A stretch of DNA of 46,704 nucleotides from Proteromonas lacertae (taxonomy: Eukaryota). The stretch lies in NCBI GenBank assembly GCA_002245135.1, contig NGBS01000001.1:558001-604704 (forward strand), written 5' to 3'. This document shows, piece after piece, positions 28,713-40,299 of this stretch (its first letter is position 1; each line of letters opens with the position of its first letter). Under the pieces are notes generated by a model, which saw only the letters and a program-made list of their open reading frames with translations, had not been told where the DNA came from and did not search any database. The position numbers were made by a program, and so were the translations under genes.

Positions 28713-31700
28713 ATGGAGGAGGAAAATGATAGTGAACCTGTAGTTTTACCTACAGGTGCAGGTGTGGGTGGAAGTACTGGTAGAAATGTTTTGTTCGCTA
28801 GATATAAACCTAGAAAAGGCGGTAATTACTTTAAAAATAATTCGGTATTTACTTCTGATAGATATTTTGGCGTGAAGAGACCCAGAGAAGAAAGCCGTGA
28901 TATTGATGATAATTCAAAAAGAATAAAGCCAGAAAATATTGATGATAGGAATATTTCAGGTAGAGGTGGAGATGAAGATGGAGATAGTTTTATGAAGATC
29001 ATCAACAATATCGCTGCAATTTATGCTGATGAAGATGATGAACATATTGAATTTTTAGACTTTACAAAAGCTGGATGTTGATGTATTTCAATTCCCCCTT
29101 AAAAAAATTTACATCAGAGATAAATATGAAACAATGTGTGATGATATATTTACCATTATTTCGCAACAAACTAAATACAATGTAATAATAACGGGTCAGC
29201 CAGGTATAGGTAAGACCTCTTTTATTTATTATTTATTATATAAATTAAAGAATAGTGGTGATTTAGAAACAGTAACTGGAGTGAGTAATTTATTTGTCGT
29301 AAAAGGTAAGAAATATGGAGATATTGTAAAAACAAAAGTATATAAATTAGAAAAAGATGGAAGTAATGGTTATAGTCTTACTCGATACACTGCTGGCATT
29401 TCTACAGTTGATGATTCTATAATAATTGTTGATACTTGTGATATAAAAATAAAAGGACGTAATAACAGAATTATCTCTATTAGTTCTCCAGACAGAGATA
29501 ATAATAAAAGATATACAGAGAATGATCAGGATATAGTTGAACTATATTTTGAATCATTAGAATTCGAAGAAGTTCAGAAATGGTTTGAGAATTGTATTGG
29601 TTTTGATTGTGTTGATGTTGAAAGTGAAGATTTTAAAGATGTGTGTGAAAGATATGGGTATATACCACGTTTAATATACTTCCATTATTTATATTATAAG
29701 AATTATAATGGTAGAGATTATTGGAAATATTATGAAAAACTGATAGATAGTGTAGTAGGAACAGAAGGTTATAATGACATTTTTAGAACATTATAAGAAT
29801 AAAGACTATTTGAAAGATACACCTTTATCAAATATCATATTAAAATATGATTTAGAAGAAGTAGATGATGTTCTTTTAGGACATAAAATATATAAACCCA
29901 AACAACATTTGAAATTTATATCAAAGTATGTTGAAGATTATATTCTTTATAATTTCTATCCTCCAAAAAGCAAAAGGGAATATAAAAAACTTAAAAAGAA
30001 TTACAAAAAGATAAGTGATGAGACTATGAAGAGAGTAGCAAAAAAGCAAATTATAGCATACAAATTAGCTAAAGTAAAAATTATAATAAACAAGAGAGAT
30101 AAATATTTTCAATTTAAGTCAACGAATGGAGAAGTCAATTTACTATCCAGAAGGTGCAAAGCACTTTCTTTATTTTATATTGGATAAAAATAATTATTTT
30201 GATTTTATTATGAATGGAGTATTTATAAAAATACAATTCAACAATGAATCGGTGGATGTGAATGATAATGAAACTAAAAGAAAAATGGTAGAATCAGTAA
30301 AAGTATTAACAATTTATATAATATATATAATATAATAGGAATATAATGAAAGTGAAAACTACAATTTTGTTTATTGTTTATTAAATGAAAAAGGAGAAGA
30401 TATTACTCCAAATACTGTAGAAGAAGAAGATCAAACTAATATTGATTATCATAAAATGACAGTATGCCAATTAAGAGATATCTTGTCAGAGATAAGATTA
30501 CCTAGATATGGAAAGAAGGAAGATTTAATCGAAAGATTGGAAAATGCACAAAAGAATCCATCATCGATAGAAGAAGAAGAACAAGAAGAAGAAGGAGGAG
30601 AAGAAGGAGAAGAAGAAGAAGGAGGAGGAGAAGAACAAGAACAAGAACATGAACAAGAAGGAGAAGGAGAAGGAGATAATACTAACAATGTAGTTGTACA
30701 ACAATCAATAGATCCACCTCCATTATATGAACTACCAAAAGGAGTGAATATAGAAGTATTTGCGATGAATAAAGAGGAAATATATTTAATGCGAGATTGT
30801 TATTAAGATATATTTACTACTATTTTCAATAATGGTTACAGTTTTTCTAATGAACATCAAAAGAACTACTTAATATTTGGTCATAAAAAAATTGGCAAAA
30901 CAGTCTTAGCTGATGTTTTAGAAAAACATATTCATAAAAATAATCCAGGTATTAAAATAAAAAGTATAAGTGATAAAGAAATGCAAGTTATGTCTAACAG
31001 TTATAGTAAACAACCATATATTGTAATTTCAGATGCAGAAGTAATTGGAGAAGATGATTATCCAGATGCAAAAATGATAATATTAATAGCTAATCCATCC
31101 AAAAAAGAGTATAAAACATTTCAAAGTAAAAGATGCCCTTTGGTGATGTATATACCTCCATTTACAAAAGAAGAAATTGAAAAAGTGATAATTCTGAAAC
31201 ATCCAAAATATAAATTATATCAAAATTATCCGAATTATTTTATGAATAAACGTGATGTAGATTTACATGTGAGAAAAATGGCAGTTATAGAAAAAGATTT
31301 AATAAATCCAACTCCAGTTTTTTTCAATACATTTATAAGGAACAATATGCCTAATATAAGTGATATAGATTCATTCATACAAAGTAAAGTAGGTGATTTT
31401 AATAAATACTTAAATGATAATAGGAGAGCAATACAATCGTTCATTAAGCAGAAGATAAACAGAATTTTGTCTTATAAATATAAAAAGGATAAAGTAGATT
31501 ATAGGAAAAACTACGAATTCTATGGTGGTGTAATAGGAAATAAAGGAAAAGGTGAAAAAGAAATAACAGATGAAGTTAAAAAAATTAAAACTGTAGAAGG
31601 TGTAATAAAAGGTATTAATGTATCATCATTATCGAAAAGTAAATACAATAACAAAATATTTATATATGAAACCAATGAAGATGATATTACTGAATCTAAT

Positions 31701-32432
31701 CATTTAACATTTATATCTGAAACAATAAGAACTATTGTGAATAGATCTTTATTTAAAATAAATAATAATACCGAATGTAAAAACAGGATAGATTTATTAT
31801 TTACAAATACAAATGAAGCTATAAAAGGATGTGTATATGAGAATGTAATATTTTATTTAATGAATGTAGATAGGGATTTTAGAAATTTAGTTTTTATGAG
31901 AATGTGTAGTGAAAACAGGATTTTGAAAGATACATATATAAATGCAATTGGTAGAAATGAAGAAGAAAAATATATAATAAAACAAGAATTCACAACAATT
32001 AGAAAAAAAATAAAATTAGTGAATGTAAAAAGAGATAGTGATATTAAACCAATAATAGAAGAAAGAGGGAAGATGAGATTGTTAGACTTCAGTTACAAGC
32101 CTAATTTTCCTGATATTGATGGGATGATTGGTCCTTTTGGTATTCAATTTACAATTAGTGATAAACATACTGTTTCAGCTGAGATAGTCAGAATATTACA
32201 ATGTGTATACAAACACTATAAGAATACTAATAGAAACATTACATTGACAAGTCCATTTGGTTTATACTTCATTAGTCCAAAAGATGAGGTTAGTATAGAA
32301 GAAGTAAAGGATAGAGGTATGATATTTTTTCCAGAATGGTTTAAAGGTTTTATTCCTAATAAATTAAGCGATGATGAAAAAAATGAATTAATGAAACTGG
32401 CATATGAATACAGTAAAAACTGTGTGTGTTGA
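28713..32432 (+). pseudogene. Crinkler/RHS-type protein: two P-loop NTPase modules, central SAP domain, C-terminal restriction-endonuclease-like domain; reading frame disrupted
   Basis: Module 1: IYIRDKY, IITGQPGIGKTSF, SSPD, YGYIPR. SAP: MTVCQLRDILSEIRLPRYGKKEDLIERL. Module 2: YLMRDCY, FGHKKIGKT, MYIPPFTKEEI, YGG, KGCVYE, NFPDIDG..IQFTISDKH. Frameshifts near 29090, 29785 and 30150; in-frame TAA at 30804-30806. Confidence 0.72.
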
Positions 32433-32724
32433 ATTTGAAGAATTATTACTTTATGGTTCTAAATTGAACTAATATTTTTGCTTCAATGCAATTATTTATT
32501 ATTATATCATATGTTTATTTCTTTTTTTATTAATTTAAATTGATAATTAGAATAATGAGATATTTTCATTAAATTAAAAGCAATCTTTTTTTCTTACTTT
32601 AATATTTCTTTGGTATAACTTACATGCATGTAATACAAACTAGAACAAGATAAAATGAGAATGGTTTGACATACAAGTCAAGCCAAACTATCTTATCTTT
32701 GAATTGTATTCTTATATTTATTCA

Positions 32725-33981
32725 ATGTCTGCTGAATTGACAAGGTATGAATCAATAGTTCGTAGATGCTCTAACAGTTGGAAGCTTCGTATTAACAAAT
32801 ATGTAAGTAAAGAGCAAGTAGAAGAAGCTATTTACATTCTTACTAAAGAATACCGTTATTTATCATCAGAATACAAAGAAGGTACTGATATTTTAGAATA
32901 TAAAGAAAATTACCATCCACCAATGCATTATTTTGAGAAATTTTGTTCAGATGAAGAATATTATGAAGATATAAAAAGAGCAACCTGTAAACGATGTAAT
33001 AATACATCAGAATATTTTATTTATGCAAATAAAGAGAGAGATAAAAGTGAAATAATTGGAATTTATAATCATGGTAATGTAGATGGTACATCATGTATAT
33101 ATTTATGCCACAAGTTATGTTTGCATTTATGTGATCCAACTATTGAGCCAAAATCTCACAGTTATGTTTCAGCTCAAGGTAGAATGAAGATTCCAAAAGA
33201 TGTAAGTTACAAAGATTATAATATCGACAGAAGTATTCCAACTTTAGTATTACCTACTTATTTACATGAATGTAAAGATCCTGAAAAGATATATACTCGT
33301 GTTTATACAGGTTTAATCGGTGAAGATGATTTAAATGAAATATTGAAATACACTCATGATGTGAATTGCACTTTCCAAGGTTTATTGTGGATAACAACAT
33401 TATTAAGTCAAATGAAGATGTTTAACATCGTCGATTTTTCTAAATCAATACTTTTCCGTTCAGAGGCAACTTCAAGAGGAAGAGCTGAATATAATCCTCC
33501 TGTATTAGATGATGATATCTTTTGTAGTGGATTCTTTTCTTTTGTATTAAAGAAAATCAATACAGATGATAAGATAGCTGATGTTTGTGTTGATTTAACA
33601 AAGCAATTACATACTACATTAGTAGATCAAATGTATGATTTCTTTTTAGCTGATGATTATCGAAATTGTCCAAAACATACGATAACTTGTTGTACAATGG
33701 GTAGAAGAGCAAATCAAAAACATTATGAAGGTAAATTTTCGTTTGATGTTTTAAGTCAAAACTTCTTAACGGTTGATAATATAAATGGGAAGGATAATGG
33801 TATGAGAATGTATTGTTTCACTGTTTCTGGAAGTGGATGTTATATTAGTAATGATTATATCTATCCCCAATTCACTGATGAAGAAATGAAGAATTATGTG
33901 GAAGATATAATAAAAATGATAAAATATTGTGTGAAAGGAGAGAATAGAAATGTTACAGTAGAAGAATTGATGAAGATATAA
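32725..33981 (+). CDS. Intronless CoA-dependent acyltransferase / condensation-domain-like protein
   Basis: NHGNVDGTS (HxxxDG) at about residue 115 of a 418-aa ORF; N-terminal LTRYES and ILKYTHDVNCTFQG patterns fit the fold. Confidence 0.7.
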   Translation: MSAELTRYESIVRRCSNSWKLRINKYVSKEQVEEAIYILTKEYRYLSSEYKEGTDILEYKENYHPPMHYFEKFCSDEEYYEDIKRATCKRCNNTSEYFIYANKERDKSEIIGIYNHGNVDGTSCIYLCHKLCLHLCDPTIEPKSHSYVSAQGRMKIPKDVSYKDYNIDRSIPTLVLPTYLHECKDPEKIYTRVYTGLIGEDDLNEILKYTHDVNCTFQGLLWITTLLSQMKMFNIVDFSKSILFRSEATSRGRAEYNPPVLDDDIFCSGFFSFVLKKINTDDKIADVCVDLTKQLHTTLVDQMYDFFLADDYRNCPKHTITCCTMGRRANQKHYEGKFSFDVLSQNFLTVDNINGKDNGMRMYCFTVSGSGCYISNDYIYPQFTDEEMKNYVEDIIKMIKYCVKGENRNVTVEELMKI

Positions 33982-34380
33982 ATACTACTTATATTTATTA
34001 TTTTATACTTAAATGTTAGTTAAAAGAACAAGAAGAATTACAATTCAACTATTTATTATAACCACATTTTGGGCATAATCTATTTATTATATTCCTTTCA
34101 AATTTTAAACCTCTTCTTATTGCAAGAAAATTAAAATAATTCGCAATACTTCTATTACCAAAAATTTTCTTCTTTTCAATCAGAAAGTAATTTATTGTAT
34201 CTATGCTTAAATAAGGAGTCCATTCACAAAAGCAGTATTAACAATTATAAATAATAGATAATATGTCATTAATTCAGATTTTATCATTTTAAAAATCAAA
34301 ATTATCAAAATAGAATTGAACAAACCATAATCAAATCTGTCATAGTTAAAAATCTATTTTTCTAATTATAGAATCATAAT

Positions 34381-35534
34381 ATGCTGATATTTGATTTATT
34401 AATATTATTGTTTCTCATTGACTTATCACTTGCAGATTATATTTATTCATATAGCCAAGATCTATTCAATGATACAAAGCCTTTAGGAGACAAACCTCCA
34501 GAATATCATAATATAATGAGGCACGCAAATAAAACAACAATAAAAATCCCAATACACCATTATACAGATAATAACCCTAATGCAGCAATAAATCCTTTAG
34601 TTATATCGGTATCAATGGGATATGATATTTTGAATTAAGTAAATTCGTATTAAGTCTGAGAAGGTATTATAATGGTTCAGTGTTATTATTTGTGTTAAAA
34701 ACTGATGATTACTTGTTTTATGAATGTTTAAGAAAAGCTAAAATAGATATTGTTAATATTACATTTGAATGGCCATTTTATAGTGATGAAAATAATAACA
34801 AATATCCAATAGATGAATCTGTGTTACAAAAGATTCCAAGATGGCATTATACTTATTCAGTAGCAAATTTTAGATTGTTTTTTATAAGAGTTTGGCTTGA
34901 TAAATATGGTGATAAATACAGTCATATATTTATGGGAGATGCAAGAGATGCAATATTTCAAGGAGATCCATTTAAATGGAATATAGGAGAAGATGGATTG
35001 TATTTAACAGAAAATGTAAGAGGATATTTATTGAAAGATAATAAATGGAATGCAAATCATTTATTCAAATATAAATATGGTTATAAACTATTAGATAATC
35101 CAATAATCTGTGGAGGTGCAGTATATGGTAGTTATAAACAAATAAAATGGTGGTATGAAATTGTAACAGATTTTATGTTGAAACAATATATTGATGTTGC
35201 AGAACAACTAACATGGAATTATATTTTATATAATCAATTAAGTCAAGATGAAATAAACAATCATAAAATATATATTTTAGCAAATGAATATGGTCCAACA
35301 AGACATTTAGCAGTGGATTCAAAAATAGATGTTGAAAGAAGTAAAGCCAAATCTGATCAATATATTTATAATAGAGATAATACACTACCATACTTCATTC
35401 ACCAATATGACAGGAATGAGTTTTTATACTTAGATTATATTGAATTTCACACTAGAATTCATTACTATAGAAATGATGGATATATTTATAGTAATAATAG
35501 TGAGATATTGAAATTATTTAATAATTTAGAATAA
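34381..35534 (+). CDS. Secreted/membrane glycosyltransferase-like protein (one apparent 1-nt indel near 34630)
   Basis: Signal peptide; adding one T to the T-run gives GYDIFELSKFVLSLRR; HIFMGDARDAIFQGDPF, IICGGAVYGS, FIHQYDR. Confidence 0.65.
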
Positions 35535-35618
35535 TTGATATTTTATATATTCAATGTAATTATTTCACCATCCAATTCAAAAGCAAATATATTTGAAAAA
35601 TCAATAAAACATTCATAA

Positions 35619-37227
35619 TTAATGAATTTTTTGATAAAACAATACATATGCTCTGTTACTCATAGCATTATCTGAAGAACTTTTACTCACAAAATTATCA
35701 CTATAATCATACCATTGTCCACTTTTATAATTCTTACATACAGCTGTATAATGACCAAAATATAATGAACCAGAATGTTCCTAAACAAATAATATTAATT
35801 ATGTATTGATATACTGAAACAGCAAAAAGTTCATATCTACAATTCCTATCTGGACCAATAACATACTCTGATAGATCCAATTCAACTGGAAATCTCACTA
35901 ATCTTGTATCTTTATCTCTATGTAATGCAACATTTGAAAAAAATGTTGTGATTTTTGTGGAAAATCTTTTTATATGTAAAATCAATATTTCTGGAAGTTT
36001 CCACAAATCAAATTTCTTTTCAGCTTGAACTTGTTTTTTACATTTATTACAATACCAAGTATTATCTTTAGACAACACTTCTTTTTTTAGAAATGTATTA
36101 ATACAATCAACCAAAGTTATTGGCTTGAATTTTCTTTGTAAACGAGGTTTTTGTGATGATGGAATAATATCATTATCATCATCATCACTTTCATCACTAC
36201 TACTGTTAGTTTCTCTTTTTCTTTTAAAGTGTTTGACATTTTTATTACCTGCTTTTATTTCTGTTGTTTTAAATACAAATGGTTTTGATATTTGTTTCTT
36301 TGATTTTGGTGAGTCTTCTTTATCTTTTAATTTATATCTTGTAGTTATTATTATGCTTGAATCTTTATCATATACTGATTTTATTATATTACTATTGTGT
36401 ATTTCTAAACGAATATTAGAATTAGATATTGAGGTTCTTTCACGAGCTTTCTCAATAATTCTAGTCTTCTACTCAATAATAATATATAATAATATTATAT
36501 ACTCCTTCATCTTTATATTTTTCAAACACAATTTGAGGTAATAATGAACAGTCGTTAAATACATAATTTATTACTGTAAATTCTTTCATTTCATCTATTT
36601 ATAGAATAAAATAATAAAAACAATAACAAATACAATCTGGAATTTCAAATACAAATATATATTCCAAGTTATTTGGTAATTCATCATTATCCTCATAAAA
36701 GTCTAAAATATGACCATAATCGTTTGGATCACTTTTACCAAAATATAAATCATTTATATTCACTCTATTATTCTTTTCTGAAATATATTTCTATAGAAAA
36801 ATAATACATAAAATATATATACAATTATTGCTTGTTTAGTCATTTCATTTCTATAGTTTCTATATCTTACATAACCATCATCATCATCATCCAAGGATAA
36901 AACATCATCATTCATTTTCTGAATTAAAACTATTGTATGATCTATTTCATCATGTTTTGGCATAAATTTCTCATTCAGTTGATTCATTTTATTATTAAAA
37001 ATATTATTACTCTCATTATCAGAATCTTGATTAATTGCTTTATTTGACACATCACTTTGATATCCACTATTACAATTATCATCTATCAGTGATTCTAATG
37101 GAGGTGGAAAATCATTATCATCTTGTAATGAATCTAATGCTGGTAATGGTGGTGGAGGCTCTTGTTGTTGTTGTTGATATGACTGCTGTTGTCGCTGTAA
37201 TTGTATTGAAGTTGGTGAATTTGATCG

Positions 37228-37258
<31 letters not shown>

Positions 37259-39193
37259 GTTGCTGGCTGTATTTCTATAGTTTCATATTCTACTTCAGGA
37301 ATAGGTAAAGAGAGTGAAGTAAATGGATCAAATATATCAGAAACATTACCACAAGGACAAACCAAGTGTGATTTATACATTCCACAGAATAAGTCAGATA
37401 TAACACTCTTATTTCTCTTCTCATAATTTTCCCATGACATTTCAGCTAGTGTTTCAATAGGAATAGTGTTATTAGGATTCTCAATTGCTGGTACATATGG
37501 TTTAACCAATATTTTATTCAAATCTTCATGTAATCCATCTAATAAATAAGACATAAATTCATGTGAATCTTGTTGTTCATAACCTGCAAATCTTGGACAA
37601 TGTTTACTTAATGCTGTCTTAAAATTATCAGGTGAATATGACTTATTATCTACATTCCACATATGATGTAGTACTTCAATATAAGCTCTTGTTAAGTCTC
37701 CATTCGTACCTAATGGATTGTCAATATTAATATCAGTTTCTTTGAAGTTCTCTAAGAAGTATTCTGTTAATGGTTTACAACTACTGATACATTGTAACAT
37801 TGAATTCATAAAACATGTATTTCCTAAGTTATATAATCCAATTACTCCTCTTTCATATTCTCGTGGTTCATTTCTATGGTAATTTCTATTATGATTATAT
37901 AATGATGATGATGATGATGATGACGAGCTAAAGTTTGGTTTTGGACTACTACTTGGAGTATTATTGGCTGAACAATTGTTACTTTTATTGATCTTTTTAC
38001 ATTTTCTTGAATCTATGAAAATAATAATAACATTATATATACAAGGTGGAAATAAATGTTCATAATCATTCTTTTTTACAGTAACTATTTCATCACATAT
38101 TTTTAACTCTAAACTATCATTAATTATATGTTCAATAGTTGCAACTGTTGTATATTCTTTTCCTTTATATAATATTTCATCTCCTATTTTATAATTAGTA
38201 AATTGAGGAGTAAAATAAAACAATGGTTGAATCCTTTCTTCTATTTCTTCCTTCTTACTAAATAAATAATAAATACATATAAATCAATACATTGTTTCAT
38301 TGCAAAAATCTTTAAAACCAAAAAAATGAACTATCAATCCATCATCATTCGTTTTTCCAACAATTTGTCCGTTATACCAATGTTTCTTTGAATCCATTAC
38401 ATCACAGATTAAATTAACTTGTACTGTTTTGAAGAAATCATTCAGTATTTCTTTTTCTTTAGATAAATCTGATTTTTCTATTACAACTTCTGAATAATCG
38501 TGATTCATCTTGGCACTGAATGTCTCGTCTATTTCGAAGGGTGTTAATGGCGATTTTCGAAAATACATTATGAATGGTTCTTCTACTTGAAATCTATATG
38601 AATATGATGATATATATATGAAATATACTGATTCTTAACTCTTTCTTTCAATTCATTGTATTCAGTGAATTCTTTTACTTGTATTTCTCCTACTATTTTT
38701 GATAATACGAAATTTTCTCTTATGTACACCTATATAACAAATAAGACAATTGATACTCTAAAAATTGCTGGATAATAGATTATAGCAGGATTGTTAGATC
38801 CTTTTTCAGTATCAGTATATCTTACAAGAGGAGTCTGAGGTCCTCCATACCAACTAACCAATTTCAAATATGCTGTTTCTGATAGAGCCTTAGTTAGCTA
38901 TAATGTTATTAATAAAGTCATTCATACAAATTCTCTTTTTATATGACCATCAGTATCTTTACATTTACATGTTACTGGCTATATAATAGATAAACATAAC
39001 AATACCCCTGGATTTGCCAATAATTTGTTTTGTACGTAATCTTTCCATTTCTTAAGCCAATCCTCATCAACGATATACCTATCACACTGTAAAAATCATG
39101 TAAATACCATTTTTCATTCACTGCCTTAGGCTTCTCATTTAAAAGTGGAAAAATAACGTCTCTTTGAGTAGTTCTACTTGGTGTTGATGACAT
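35619..39193 (-). CDS. Ubiquitin C-terminal hydrolase, USP4/11/15-like (DUSP + peptidase C19)
   Basis: GLYNLGNTCFMNSMLQC (Cys box), QQDSHEF, DGLHEDLN, WYCNKCKK, LPEILILHIKRF, GHYTA His box, AYVLFY. Confidence 0.93.
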
Positions 39194-39421
39194 TCTATTA
39201 AAAAAAAATAATCTCAAGCCAAACTATTTTTTGATATTTCAATCTTCTTTTTCTCATGTAAAAATTGAAAACACAATATTATGATATGTTAGCTGTATTT
39301 AACAAGTTATGTACTTAAATGCGGCATTTCATTTATGGTCTTTGACACACATTCCAAGCAAAAATTCACAAAATAATAAAATTAATATCAAAACTATATA
39401 ATATGAGGAATCTAGTTGAAA

Positions 39422-39796
39422 TTAATTAGCACCACTTACTGTAGGCTTGTCTTTGTTTAAGTAACCCATATGATTCTTTTTAAACTCTTCTTTACTTAAA
39501 TCGGTAAATTTATTAACACCCATTTTGAATGATACATCTTTTTTAGCATTGTGAGTTTCTATTTTATCAAGATTCTCTGAGAAGATCTCAAGACGTTTTC
39601 TACACATTAAAATATCACCATATTAATATACATACTTTTCTTCCTCAGCATCAGCATAACTTCTGTGATACTCTTTTTTAAATTCTTCAAATTTGTCTAC
39701 ATAATACTTTTGTTCATGTAAACGAGCTTCTTCAGCTTTGACAAACACAGCAACAAAAGCTAAGAATAAACAGATGGATAAGAGAGTTGTTTTCAT
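39422..39796 (-). CDS. Stand-alone cathepsin-propeptide (I29) inhibitor, secreted
   Basis: Signal peptide MKTTLLSICLFLAFVAVF, FEEFKKEYHRSY, ERFNIN-like RLEIFSENLDKIETHN, GVNKFTDLSKEEF, then stop; no peptidase domain follows. Confidence 0.8.
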
Positions 39797-39870
39797 TTAA
39801 TAGTAAGTTTAAAAAACTTGGCTTGATAGATTTTTAGATTCGTGTTTTCTCGTTAAATAAACTTAATTTT

Positions 39871-40299
39871 TGCACAATATACATTGATATGATATATGTA
39901 TAACCGTAAGAATATCACTGTATGTGGGTAAACCGTACCAGACTATTCTTAGGTGCCTTCTACAGGTAAGAATAAGCGATTTGAGTGTGAATTAGTTTTT
40001 GGTACGGGTTATACTGGAGCAAGCGGTGAATTTAAAATTGTGTATATATTTTAGTGTATGAGTAATTTTATGGGTTAAAATTTATTTTTATGTTTTTAAT
40101 AGTTTGTAGTGTAGGATAGTAGAAATAAAGTGTATAAATAGAAAGGTAGCTACCTGTTCTACCCCGGCAGGGTAGCTACTTTATATAATAAGAAATGTAT
40201 TTCTATGTAAGTAAGTAGCGTGTCCTGTGTAGCCTAGCTAGGACTTAGTGATTAAATAGTGTGGTGGCCAAGCTACAGAATACGTTCTTACTTTTTTTT
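39871..40299. repeat. Cluster of nested inverted repeats and palindromes at the left end of the viral element
   Basis: TGCACAAT/ATTGTGTA, CCGTACCA/TGGTACGG, TATTCTTA/TAAGAATA, GGTAGCTAC x2, CCTAGCTAGG, AGTAAG/CTTACT followed by T8. Confidence 0.75.

Noticed and set aside
30560..30680. GAA/GGA-rich tandem repeats, plus (TA)n and (AAT)n runs elsewhere
   Set aside because: Low-complexity coding or intronic microsatellites; no repeat-spacer structure, so not CRISPR-like.
30804..30806. Stop-codon reassignment suggested by the in-frame TAA
   Set aside because: Isolated case; TAA terminates many genes here and conserved exons have no internal stops.
34620..34680. Intron or programmed frameshift in the glycosyltransferase-like gene
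   Set aside because: One extra T in a T-run restores a continuous frame; homopolymer error or simple indel is more parsimonious.
39800..39900. Terminal inverted repeat and target-site duplication of the viral element
   Set aside because: Cannot be called because the other end is outside the window.
39945..40002. U5 snRNA-like loop GCCTTCTAC and Sm-like AGTTTTTGG
   Set aside because: The loop deviates from invariant GCCUUUUAC, the Sm-like run is non-canonical and is sequestered in a stem of the larger fold.
40215..40292. tRNA gene
   Set aside because: Only an A-box-like string; no GTTCRA T-loop and no cloverleaf.
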